The notes under the pieces were generated by a model, which was given only the letters and a program-made list of their open reading frames with translations, did not search any database and had not been told where the DNA came from. From contig JBMOLF010000015.1 of assembly GCA_049325595.1 (NCBI GenBank), positions 96,001 through 160,000 of the forward strand: a DNA stretch of 64,000 nt, read 5' to 3'. Shown in pieces: positions 39,555 to 49,199 of the stretch. The position numbers and the translations under genes were made by a program. The DNA comes from Candidatus Babelota bacterium (GTDB lineage Bacteria; Babelota; Babeliae; Babelales; Vermiphilaceae). Positions within the stretch are counted from its first letter, which is position 1. Each line of letters begins with the position of its first letter.

Positions 39555-40440
39555 TCGCGCGGCGCGCGACAGGGCACTCCGTCTGCACCCCTCAGCCCAT
39601 TTTGTGGGTAGGGAAGGGGGGCTTACGGGGATTTGACTCCGTTAAAAACAGGAAGCAGGAGGAAGAAGAGGAAAGCGAGGGGGAAAGGATTAAAAATAGG
39701 GGAAAGAAAGGATGGGGGAGAAAATAAGGGAGGAATAAATAAAAGAGATAGGTTAGGTGTAGAGGTATAAGTAATAAGAATAATAGACACCTGTATATAA
39801 GCACATGGCATGACTTAGCTAAAAGATAAATAAATATGATGTATGATGTAGGAATTAAAACTATATAGCATTAAAACAAAGTAAAAACTTACTTATATAA
39901 AAAGTATACAAGAGAATAAGATATGAGAGATAAGAGAAAGAGAATATGCATGATATATAGACTTAGAATATATAGGGTGAAGATAAATAGAAATCTAAAG
40001 ATTAAGAAATAAGAGCAAAGTCAAAAACTAAGACTAAGAATACTCGCTAAAGACATAACTAGTACTAAGATTAAACAAAGAAGAAGAGTAATAAACAATA
40101 AGCAAAACTAACCGATAAGAAATAAACAATAATAAAGCAAACTAATAAGATAACCAAGAAGAACAAGAAGCTCTATAAATTTATGGAGCAAAAGAAGAAC
40201 TTAAGCAAGAAGGCAAATACCAATAAGAAATCTACTGATTATTATTAGAAGAGTATAACTAGCTAATACTAAAAAAAGACGTAGTTAGAAAAGAAGAAGG
40301 GTGATAAGAATAAGAAGAAGAAGAAAAGGAATATATCTTATTAAAATACCGTTAAGAGGAAGATCAAAAACTCCACATCGCATGAAAAGAACAGTAAGAC
40401 AATATCTTCACACGAACCAATCAAACGTTGCGCAATAATT
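39555..40440 (+). other. Non-coding tract: GC hairpins, G-quadruplex motif and purine-rich strand (candidate origin/control region)
   Basis: GGG-TA-GGG-AA-GGGGGG-CTTAC-GGGG at 39606-39630; only 5 pyrimidines in 39661-39720; no credible ORF. Confidence 0.55.
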
Positions 40441-40565
40441 TGAGCCAAAATAACCAATAGATACGCTATTTTTTCTCATTTAATAGTTTTATTTGTTAAA
40501 AAAATAAGTAGTCCAATATATTTTTTTTTACATTATATTTTTAGATGAAAATCATACTTATCATA

Positions 40566-41879
40566 TTATTTAAAAAATAACCTAAAAGGGGAAAGACGGC
40601 GCGGCTGGTTCTTATAATCATTTTTTATTATCACTATCTCCTGCCATTTAACCTTTTTAGTAGCAAGCCACATTATTACCATGCTTACTAATCTCACCGT
40701 TTGAATCGCCACTAATGCAAATAACAACCCTGTTTTTGCAACGATCACTACTACAATAGCTGCCCCATACCCTAGCCCGTATACAATATATGAAGTAATT
40801 AATTCTTTATAACGCCCTTGCACTTCAAGTATACGCTCATAAGGTAATAATAATGATTCTGCTATGTAAGAACAAATTAAAATAAGTAACGGAACAAAAA
40901 ATTGATTATCAAAAATATACGGCAAACAAATAAGCAATAACATTAATAACATAATAAGAGGTATAGTTAACAACATGACCTTTCTTTTTAGGTGAATAAC
41001 CGACTTATTAAAAAAGTTTTGTTCTCCTAACTCATTAGCATATGAGAGAAATGCTGTATCAGCTGATCCAAGAGATTTTACTACTATCCGGTAACAGGCG
41101 AGCGCGGCGTCATTAGTTATTTTGTAAAGAGTGGCACTTTCTATTCCTAGCGTGGCGGCAAAAAAAGGTAATAAAAAGTTTCGCTCGCTCAAGCTTTTTA
41201 AAATGGTAGTAACGCCCATTATGCCTGTATGCTTGGTAAATGAATTTTCAATTGTTGGTGAACCAACAAACGGTACTTGCTGGACTATAAACCTCTTGAG
41301 ATTAATTCCTGTTATTAAAACGGCCATACCTGTGGTTAATAATTTGACCATTAACAGTTTCTCAAGAGTTAAACAAGTAAATGCTATATAACTAATACCG
41401 AGTATTTCGATGGCAGTTACGAGTATTAAAACACAATTGAACTGTTTATTTAAAAAATAGGCGTGAGAAATATTTTGAAGTAAAAAAACAATTCCCTGAG
41501 CTATAAATAGCGTTAAATATAAAATTATTTGGGTGGCTGAAAAATAAGGAAACAAGAATCGATGAAAAAAGAAGATTCCTAAACTCGCTACACCTAGCAG
41601 AGCTAATTGAAAATAAATAATTTTCTTAATAAGGCTATGCGATTGCTGTAGTAATGATAAGGCAAATCGGGCAATTGATTTTTTTAGACCACAATCAAGC
41701 CACAAGAGAATAAGATATAACAATGCCAGGCTATGCGACCATTGATAGAAAATAAAAGTATCGCCGCAATAATATACACAATAAGAACTGAGCAGTTGCG
41801 CAATCTTGGTGCATGAAAAAAGAAGTGCGTTCCAGGTAAGAGCTGAAGTAAATGAAGAAAAAAGATGTGCTGATTTCAT
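40566..41879 (-). CDS. Multi-pass membrane protein, Wzx/MOP flippase-like
   Basis: ~12 hydrophobic segments; paralogous to 43297 (LTWN/LIWN, YERILEVQG/YERLLRVQG). Confidence 0.65.
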   Translation of the reverse strand: MKSAHLFSSFTSALTWNALLFSCTKIAQLLSSYCVYYCGDTFIFYQWSHSLALLYLILLWLDCGLKKSIARFALSLLQQSHSLIKKIIYFQLALLGVASLGIFFFHRFLFPYFSATQIILYLTLFIAQGIVFLLQNISHAYFLNKQFNCVLILVTAIEILGISYIAFTCLTLEKLLMVKLLTTGMAVLITGINLKRFIVQQVPFVGSPTIENSFTKHTGIMGVTTILKSLSERNFLLPFFAATLGIESATLYKITNDAALACYRIVVKSLGSADTAFLSYANELGEQNFFNKSVIHLKRKVMLLTIPLIMLLMLLLICLPYIFDNQFFVPLLILICSYIAESLLLPYERILEVQGRYKELITSYIVYGLGYGAAIVVVIVAKTGLLFALVAIQTVRLVSMVIMWLATKKVKWQEIVIIKNDYKNQPRRLSPFRLFFK

Positions 41880-41995
41880 AGTGACTGCGTAGGTTATGTA
41901 TAAGAATCATTGTACTATAATGCCAAATAGTTGCTCAGAACGATAGCTATTTGTTATGGTTAGCATAATTTGTGGTGTTTCACTTAAGGAATATA

Positions 41996-43285
41996 ATGAA
42001 TTTAAAGAGAGTGGTAGTTTTAATTATGGCGATAAAGCTAACCATGCTCGGAGCTATTTTTATTAATTCTTACGAGGATAACAGCCGTTTTTTTATTGGT
42101 AGACAACCAGAAGACGATAGTCGCTTTTTTGCAAGCGATGATGAAATTATTCCCGTAGAAGCTTATGATATTTTTGGAAGCACCCGACTTATGAATGCGG
42201 TTTCAGCCCCAGATTTACCCGAAATAGTTAAATTGCTCAAAGCGGGGGCAAACGTCAATGCTCATTCAAGAGATTATGAAGGTGGAACGCCATTGATTTT
42301 TGCTGTTCAAAATGGTTTTATGCCAGGCATGTTTGAGGCCATAGCTCTGCTTGTTGAATATGATGCCGATATTAATGCTAAAGATAATGTAGGAATGACC
42401 GTATTTCATTACCTTAATAGCATTCCAGACCCTATTATGATGGAAAATTTGTTGCATTTATTTGTAGATCGTGGCGGCGATATTAATGCAATTAACAATA
42501 ATGGCGATACGATGATGCATATATTTGTATATCAATATGATCCTCAATTTATATGGATGATACGTCAAAAATATGGATCTATCCTTGATCTCACTATAAA
42601 AAACAATCAAGGTTATACACCAGCACAACTTGCACAATTATTAAGCCCTTCATTAGTGGAGGGAGATGATAGTGTATACACAGCATTAACAAAACCGCTA
42701 CCATTGGTGGGTGAAGATGGTAATGTCAATGCGCGTGATATTTATGGCAGGACTGGACTCATGCTTGCTATATTACGATCTGATATTCCTTTTATAAAAG
42801 AAATGATTGCTCGAAAAGCCGATGTTAATGCGCGTGACAATTGGTATAATACCCCACTTCATCTAGCAGCATTTAGCCAAAATCCTTTAAAAATTGCGCA
42901 GCTTCTTATCGAACAAGGTGCTCAAATTAATGTTGTAAATAGCGAAGGGAAAACGCCTCTTCGTCTTGCTCAATCTATACCCGATGGTTCGCATGTTCTT
43001 GAGTATATAACCTATCTTAAGGAACAAGGCGCTCAATTAATAGCGGTTGATAGAGAAGGATTTGATGTTGAATATTGGGCCGAGCAAAAGAAAAAGAGAG
43101 ATATTAAGCGCTTTTTAGATGAATACCATTCTTATCTTCCCGAGACAGCTGGAGACAAAAGATTTTTAATTGGATTTAATTCTATACAAAGTGAAAAATT
43201 AAATGGTGGTCAATTAAAAAAACGAGCTAAAAATTCATTGATGAGAAAAAACGGTATGTTTAAAGTATTTACCTGCGTTGTGTAG
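41996..43285 (+). CDS. Ankyrin repeat protein
   Basis: Multiple GxTPL/ADINAKD/NTPLHLAA ankyrin repeats; N-terminal hydrophobic segment. Confidence 0.92.
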   Translation: MNLKRVVVLIMAIKLTMLGAIFINSYEDNSRFFIGRQPEDDSRFFASDDEIIPVEAYDIFGSTRLMNAVSAPDLPEIVKLLKAGANVNAHSRDYEGGTPLIFAVQNGFMPGMFEAIALLVEYDADINAKDNVGMTVFHYLNSIPDPIMMENLLHLFVDRGGDINAINNNGDTMMHIFVYQYDPQFIWMIRQKYGSILDLTIKNNQGYTPAQLAQLLSPSLVEGDDSVYTALTKPLPLVGEDGNVNARDIYGRTGLMLAILRSDIPFIKEMIARKADVNARDNWYNTPLHLAAFSQNPLKIAQLLIEQGAQINVVNSEGKTPLRLAQSIPDGSHVLEYITYLKEQGAQLIAVDREGFDVEYWAEQKKKRDIKRFLDEYHSYLPETAGDKRFLIGFNSIQSEKLNGGQLKKRAKNSLMRKNGMFKVFTCVV

Positions 43286-43296
43286 AAAACTATCAA

Positions 43297-44613
43297 CTAT
43301 GAGCTTTTTTGGATTGATTTTTTAAAGAGCCCATTAAATCGTTTTATCCAAGCAATGTTCCACGAATAATCTTTTCGTTGAGTGGTCAAGCGAAGTGCAA
43401 AAACATGAATAGCTTTTATTACTGATAAAAATCCAATATAAGTGTATGCCGCTGAGGTAGTAATACATGGCAACAACGCAAGAGCTGCTGCAAAAGTTGC
43501 CATATTAAATTTAAAAATAAGATGTGCATGACCTTGAACGCGCAAAAGGCGCTCATAAAAAATTGAAACGTGTTCAAGCAGATACAAAACAAAAACAGCA
43601 ACTGAAAGACGCACATTAAATACATCAGTTTGACTAAAGAATAATCCGAGTGTTAAAAAGGTGCCACACCAAATTAATAGAGAACATGCTTTGCGCGCGT
43701 AATAAAAAATTGTCTGATAGTGAGCATGCTCTTCTTTTACCTTATGTGCAAGCAAAGCTTCAACAGATGGCCCTAATACTTTGTTTAATAAAATGCTGAC
43801 TACATAAATAATATTCCTGACCAGTTCTAAAACACCTGCTTTGTTAAAACCATAGTAAGCAGCAATAAGTGGTATCAAAATATTTCCTGAAAAAATTTGA
43901 TGGACAAACTGGCTTCCATAATTGTAAATACGTTGTTTTTTTATTCGTGTCGTATAATTGCCTTTTGTTGTCTTACGTGGAAGCATATGATATAGATGGC
44001 TTGATTTTACAATTAACAGTGTTGTACTTATTAACGATGCAATAAGCATAGGAGTTAATAAGTGAGAAATGGTAAATACTTTAGCGTGTAAATACCAGCC
44101 CCATACAAATAAAACATAGGTACCAATAAGTATAATTTCACTTATCGTGGTTGTTTGGTTGCAAAATGAAATGTGAAGGAATCTTCTGAGGGATTTTCTT
44201 ATTATCTCAACAATAATAATAAGAAGAATTATGACAAACATACCATTCGATAATTGAAGAATGGGAACTTGTAGATAACATTTGAGTACAGGAATTGTTA
44301 TAGCAAAAAAAAGCGTTGCCCAAATAGCTTGTGTTACTATTGGTTTAATGAGCAATTGATTAAATTGATATTTGCTGTCAGTAATAGTTTTATAGCTAAA
44401 GCTTAATGACTCTTCGAACCCGCTAGAAAATAATGCAATAGCGCAATAAATAAGTGAAAAATAAGTGCCTGATTGTCCATATACGTATGGTTCGGTGTAC
44501 ACGTAGGCATAACAATGATGTACCGCAAAGGTAATATGATAAAACAATGATTCAGCAATATTCCAAATCAAACTTACCGAAAATTTTTTTGAAAGTTGTA
44601 TAGTATTATTCAT
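43297..44613 (-). CDS. Multi-pass membrane protein, Wzx/MOP flippase-like
   Basis: ~12 hydrophobic segments; paralogue of 40566. Confidence 0.65.
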   Translation of the reverse strand: MNNTIQLSKKFSVSLIWNIAESLFYHITFAVHHCYAYVYTEPYVYGQSGTYFSLIYCAIALFSSGFEESLSFSYKTITDSKYQFNQLLIKPIVTQAIWATLFFAITIPVLKCYLQVPILQLSNGMFVIILLIIIVEIIRKSLRRFLHISFCNQTTTISEIILIGTYVLFVWGWYLHAKVFTISHLLTPMLIASLISTTLLIVKSSHLYHMLPRKTTKGNYTTRIKKQRIYNYGSQFVHQIFSGNILIPLIAAYYGFNKAGVLELVRNIIYVVSILLNKVLGPSVEALLAHKVKEEHAHYQTIFYYARKACSLLIWCGTFLTLGLFFSQTDVFNVRLSVAVFVLYLLEHVSIFYERLLRVQGHAHLIFKFNMATFAAALALLPCITTSAAYTYIGFLSVIKAIHVFALRLTTQRKDYSWNIAWIKRFNGLFKKSIQKSS

Positions 44614-44784
44614 AAATTTTTACCGTTAGATAGTCATTGTACTGGAGATTACCTAAAAGCTCAATCATGGACGAGCATTCTTTTTTCTAGGGTTCTCAAA
44701 GATCAAAAAAGGAGTATACTTACAATAACTGAGTAAAAGCCTTTTGAGACATTACGTTCCACCTGATAGGAAAGGACGTTAACT

Positions 44785-45345
44785 ATGTCTTCTGACCTTA
44801 AAAAAAAGGTATTTTACCCTGATTTAGATGAAAAAGTCGTTTTCCCAGGTCATGGTGTTGCAAAAGTAAATCGAATTATTGAAAAAAAAGTGGCTGGGAT
44901 ACTCTCTCGTTATTTTGAGCTTAAATTTCTCAATAAAGAAATGACTATTCTTGTTCCTACGCATAATTTTGAATCTATTGGCATTCGTAAGTTAAGTTCG
45001 ATTGATAAAATAAATGATGTTTTCAAAATTCTTGCTGAACCGGCACGAAAAATAACTCCTGATGTTGTAGCAACTAATTGGAACAAGCGTAGCAAAAAAT
45101 ATCTTTCTGATATGAGAACCGGTAATTTAGTGGCCATAAGTAAAATATATCGAGATCTTAAACATATTTCTCATTACAAAGAGTTATCCTTTGGGGAGAA
45201 AAACTTGCTCTTGCAAACTGAATCTTTTTTAGCGCAAGAAATTTCTTTAGTTAATAATGTTGCCGAAGAAAAAGCTATTGAGCATCTTCGTGCATTGTTT
45301 AACAATACTCTACATTCAGTAAATTCAGAGCAAAAAAATATATAA
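44785..45345 (+). CDS. carD: CarD family transcriptional regulator
   Basis: KVVFPGHGVAKV, ILVP...GIRKL, NWNKR, LSFGEK. Confidence 0.9.
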   Translation: MSSDLKKKVFYPDLDEKVVFPGHGVAKVNRIIEKKVAGILSRYFELKFLNKEMTILVPTHNFESIGIRKLSSIDKINDVFKILAEPARKITPDVVATNWNKRSKKYLSDMRTGNLVAISKIYRDLKHISHYKELSFGEKNLLLQTESFLAQEISLVNNVAEEKAIEHLRALFNNTLHSVNSEQKNI

Positions 45346-45365
45346 TTCATACTATTTATTCAAAA

Positions 45366-45397
45366 AAAGAGGCATTACTATAAGATGCCTCTTTTTT
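45366..45397 (+). terminator. Intrinsic terminator
   Basis: aagaggcat...atgcctctt followed by T-run. Confidence 0.75.
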
Positions 45398-45466
45398 ATT
45401 GCATCCTAAATCCAACTTTTGATATATTCAAATAGAAAATAATAAAGATAAAAGAGGGAATTTTGG

Positions 45467-45961
45467 ATGAAAAATAAAATAGTCGTATTAATACTTACAA
45501 GTGCAGGAATTATTTATAATCTTCGTGCAGTAGATATTAACTTTGAACTCCGAAATCATGAGTCATATCCTATCTCGATCAAAATTTTTCAAAAAGCCGG
45601 AGCGCGACTTCAAGATAAAAGACAAATTAGAACAGCAGCTCATTCTTATGTAACTACAATACCTGCCAAAAAAGGTAATAAAATCAGTTCGGCAACCTAT
45701 TCGGCAGATGCATATAAACCCACTTATTTAAGAATTTCTTACTACTCAAATGGAATTGATATTACTCGTTATTTTGGTTTGCCAGTAGGTAGAACATTAT
45801 TTCTCGCCTTCAAAGAAGGAAAGTTGTTACCACAACAAGGCATTTTGTTTGGTAAAATTACCAGTTCTGGGCATTCGTTATCAAACAATGTGAAAGCACA
45901 AGAAATAGTCGAACTTAATCAAGATGATATTGGGCTTATTGAAAATGGTTTAGAATATTAA
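45467..45961 (+). CDS. Secreted hypothetical protein, tandem paralogue 1
   Basis: FELRNH...PTY...LPQQG...SSGHSLSNNV. Confidence 0.75.
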   Translation: MKNKIVVLILTSAGIIYNLRAVDINFELRNHESYPISIKIFQKAGARLQDKRQIRTAAHSYVTTIPAKKGNKISSATYSADAYKPTYLRISYYSNGIDITRYFGLPVGRTLFLAFKEGKLLPQQGILFGKITSSGHSLSNNVKAQEIVELNQDDIGLIENGLEY

Positions 45962-45980
45962 AAAAATAAAGGATGGTAGT

Positions 45981-46625
45981 ATGAAGCGTTTATTATTAGC
46001 ATTAAGTTTTTTTGCTGGCGCAATGCAAGCAAGAGATATTCAAGTAAATTTTGAAATACGAAATCATGAACGGTTTCCTATTTTTGTAAGACTTTTACAA
46101 AAGGGCTATCGTTCGATTGATCAGTTTGATAACTATAAACAGACGTATGAACCCGCATTAATTGGAAATTTAACCTTAGTAAATGGTAAAACAGGCAATG
46201 CTATCGATTCATGGGCAAGTGGTTTTGATTGGAGCATGCCTACTTATATAGAAATTGCTTATTTTAAAAACAATAAATTTATAAATCAAATATATGCCGT
46301 TCCTGCTTTCAAAACATTATATGTTGCTTTTGAAAATGAACAGCTTCGTCCACAAAAAGGTAAGGGGTTTGGTAGATTTACTCAATCAGGACATCCGTTG
46401 GTTGAAAATGTTAAAGCACATCAAATTGTTAGATTGACTGAACAACAAATAAAAGATTTATATGAATCCCTAGAGCTTGAAGGAAAACAGGCTTTGGATG
46501 TTCTTAAGCAATATGTGCCAAAGAAGGATTTAGATGACAATAATGATCACGATGATGATGATTTAGAAAAGCGTTTTGAGCAATTAAAAAAAGATGTAAA
46601 AGATATTTATCAAAAATATGAATAA
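45981..46625 (+). CDS. Secreted hypothetical protein, tandem paralogue 2
   Basis: FEIRNH...PTY...RPQKG...QSGHPLVENV plus acidic helical tail. Confidence 0.75.
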   Translation: MKRLLLALSFFAGAMQARDIQVNFEIRNHERFPIFVRLLQKGYRSIDQFDNYKQTYEPALIGNLTLVNGKTGNAIDSWASGFDWSMPTYIEIAYFKNNKFINQIYAVPAFKTLYVAFENEQLRPQKGKGFGRFTQSGHPLVENVKAHQIVRLTEQQIKDLYESLELEGKQALDVLKQYVPKKDLDDNNDHDDDDLEKRFEQLKKDVKDIYQKYE

Positions 46626-47184
46626 GTTATTGATACTTTTTAGTGCGCTCATAATACATGTCGAAATAGCAAGTGCGTATTTTGAATTGCGTAATCATGA
46701 TTTAGTGCCGGTTGATGCTTTTGTTATTCAACCGGCACGTTATATAGCCCAAGATACCCAAGGTGCTCTTTATAAAGAAGGTCGCGCTGATTTTATGCGT
46801 CTTCCTGCAAAAAAAGGAACCACACTATCTAGTTTTAGTTTTCCCGTATTTATTTCTTATCCCACTTATTTAGTGATTTCTTATCAAGATGCTCGGGGTA
46901 ATCGACAAGAAGATATGTACACCTTTACTCTAGAAAAAACAATATATGTTGCTTTTGAAAATGGTAAAATAAGACCACAAAAAGGATCGTTTGGCAAAAC
47001 CGTCTCAGGAAAACCATTAAAAAATAATGTTTCTGCCAAAGACATTATTAAGCTTACTGGTTCTGAACAAGAATTAATTAATCAAATGCTCCGCGAGAGC
47101 AAAGAATTTCAAGAATTGGTTAAAAGAGGAAAGCTAAAGCCAATTCAACCTAAAATCACCGGGAAAACCTGGCAAAAAGCATAG
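46618..47184 (+). CDS. Secreted hypothetical protein, tandem paralogue 3
   Basis: FELRNH...PTY...RPQKG...VSGKPLKNNV. Confidence 0.75.
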   Translation: MNKLLILFSALIIHVEIASAYFELRNHDLVPVDAFVIQPARYIAQDTQGALYKEGRADFMRLPAKKGTTLSSFSFPVFISYPTYLVISYQDARGNRQEDMYTFTLEKTIYVAFENGKIRPQKGSFGKTVSGKPLKNNVSAKDIIKLTGSEQELINQMLRESKEFQELVKRGKLKPIQPKITGKTWQKA

Positions 47185-47281
47185 TAAGAAAATTAATCTA
47201 TATCCTTTTATTGTACTACTATCAAAATTTGTTATATTCATAATATCTATTTAATTCAAAAAGATTATTAAGGATATATAC

Positions 47282-47587
47282 ATGAAATATTTATTAACCA
47301 TCATTTTTGGGTTATTATCATTGTTTTCCCATGCCAGTGAAAAAAAATCTCCTGTGCCTTTCATCGTAGTAGTAAAAGCTTATCCACAACAAACTATTTT
47401 TGCTGACCAAAGTTACAATAAAATATATTTTAAGCCCTTGAATGAAGTTGATAAAGAAAAAAACATTTATTTTAATCGTTTAAAAGAAGCAGTCCCTTCG
47501 CATCTTGCAAATCATACGCTAGCTATTGACGATGAGAAAGAGTGGAATGATGCAATTCTTCAACGTATCGAGCTTCTTAAAAAATAA
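47282..47587 (+). CDS. Small secreted hypothetical protein
   Basis: AAGGA RBS, signal peptide ending SHA. Confidence 0.65.
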   Translation: MKYLLTIIFGLLSLFSHASEKKSPVPFIVVVKAYPQQTIFADQSYNKIYFKPLNEVDKEKNIYFNRLKEAVPSHLANHTLAIDDEKEWNDAILQRIELLKK

Positions 47588-47592
47588 TAACC

Positions 47593-48531
47593 ATGATTGT
47601 TATTTATGGTCCTACGGCTTCAGGTAAAACTGATTTTGCAGAAGAACTAGCAAAGCATATCCCCTCAGAAATTATAAATATGGACATGGGGCAATGTTAT
47701 ACTCCTCTTACTATTGGTACGGCCAAACCTGATTGGCGTAATAGTTCTATACCACAACATGGTTTTGATATAATTAATGAACCAGTTAATTATACGGTTG
47801 TTCAGTATCGTTCATTTGTTCAAAAGACCATTGAAGAAGTTAAAAAACGGGGAAATATGCCAATTTTAGTAGGTGGTTCAGGTTTTTATTTAAAATCTTT
47901 ATTATATGAACCTACTATGGCCCCTAAAGTAGTTGCCCAACAAAAGCCCATGTATCCTCAAGATCAATTTGAACGTTGGCAATTGCTTAATGCTATTGAT
48001 CCTGATAGGGCAGCACAAATTCATCCGCATGATAGCTATCGTGTTACCCGCGCTCTTGATATTTGGTATGAGTCGGGCATAAAGCCTTCTTTGTGTGCCC
48101 CACTTTTTAATCCGATTGATAGTTTTTTAATTATCACAGTGACTCGCGATCGTTACGATTTATATGCCCGCATTAATCAACGCACTAAAATCATGGTTGA
48201 GCAAGGATGGATTGAAGAAGTACAAGCATTACTCAATACCCCATGGGAACCATTTTTACTCGAAAAAAAAATTATTGGTTATGATGACATTATTACGTTT
48301 CTAAAAGACCATCAATCAAAAGACAATCTTATTGATACAATCCAAAAGAAAACAAGAAATTACGCGAAAAGACAACTTATTTTTGCTGCCGGCCTTGAAC
48401 GCGAAATACGAAAATCACTTTTAGGAAGTTCTTGTAAGAGTGATTGGCTTACCCTGAACTTGACTTCGCAGTCATTTGAATTATATATTAAGCAGGTGTT
48501 AAATCACCCATACTTAATGAAATCAACATAA
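47593..48531 (+). CDS. miaA: tRNA dimethylallyltransferase
   Basis: GPTASGKT, IGTAKP, VGGSGFY, TRNYAKRQ. Confidence 0.95.
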   Translation: MIVIYGPTASGKTDFAEELAKHIPSEIINMDMGQCYTPLTIGTAKPDWRNSSIPQHGFDIINEPVNYTVVQYRSFVQKTIEEVKKRGNMPILVGGSGFYLKSLLYEPTMAPKVVAQQKPMYPQDQFERWQLLNAIDPDRAAQIHPHDSYRVTRALDIWYESGIKPSLCAPLFNPIDSFLIITVTRDRYDLYARINQRTKIMVEQGWIEEVQALLNTPWEPFLLEKKIIGYDDIITFLKDHQSKDNLIDTIQKKTRNYAKRQLIFAAGLEREIRKSLLGSSCKSDWLTLNLTSQSFELYIKQVLNHPYLMKST

Positions 48532-49178
48532 TGAATGCGCAGCCAAACGAACGTAAAAATATTACTACTGATAGCTCATCGCCTATAAACTCTTCGGGAC
48601 TTTATATTAGCGCTCGACATGCTAGTGTTATTTTTGCCGGAGCATTGCTGTTTTCATTTCTTATTTTTATGAGTGGCTTTTTTTTAGGACAAAAAAAAGC
48701 AGTCGATGAGTTTTCTCAAAAAGTAGATCAAGAATCACTGGCAGATCAAATTTATTCTTCTTTATGTACGCTCTATGATATTAAACCAGAAGAAGAATCT
48801 GAAGAACAAGAATCATCTTCCGAGCAAGTGGTTGAGTCTGAACCAGTTACAGATGCTAAAGCATCTTCGGTAGAACACATATCTATTACCAATGCTGACA
48901 AGCATCTAGAAGAAGTAAAACCAATTAAACATTACTATGCAAAGCTAGCTGGTTTTGGAACTCAAAAAGCAGCAATCGCATTCCAGGAACGTCTTGCTAA
49001 AAAAGATATTATTGTAGAAATTAAAAAAATTCAAAGTCGCTCTAAAAAAGGAAGAGTTATTACTTGGTATCAAGCAATAACTCCTATGTTTGATGATGAA
49101 TTAGTATTTTTAGGCGTTATTGAGCGCATAAAAGCATATGAACGAATTAAAGATATCGTACCAATAATAATTGGCTAA
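48531..49178 (+). CDS. Membrane-anchored SPOR-like domain protein
   Basis: Single TM, acidic linker, YYAKLAGFGTQKAA SPOR-like C-terminus. Confidence 0.6.
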   Translation: MNAQPNERKNITTDSSSPINSSGLYISARHASVIFAGALLFSFLIFMSGFFLGQKKAVDEFSQKVDQESLADQIYSSLCTLYDIKPEEESEEQESSSEQVVESEPVTDAKASSVEHISITNADKHLEEVKPIKHYYAKLAGFGTQKAAIAFQERLAKKDIIVEIKKIQSRSKKGRVITWYQAITPMFDDELVFLGVIERIKAYERIKDIVPIIIG

Positions 49179-49199
49179 GTAATCAAAGAAAGGCTGTAC

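Noticed and set aside
39540..39650. tmRNA/tRNA-like GC-rich segment
   Set aside because: No cloverleaf, T-arm plus CCA end or tag reading frame found on either strand
39338..39811. Short minus-strand ORFs (79, 70, 62 aa)
   Set aside because: Low-complexity Phe/Leu/Pro products that simply reflect the purine tract
40020..40330. CRISPR or tandem repeat array in the purine tract
   Set aside because: Only short recurring words (actaag, ataag, gaagaa); no constant repeat-spacer period and no cas genes
42072..42131. EDNSRFF/EDDSRFF duplication in the ankyrin protein as a neuropeptide-like repeat
   Set aside because: Only two copies and no processing sites; a simple short duplication explains it
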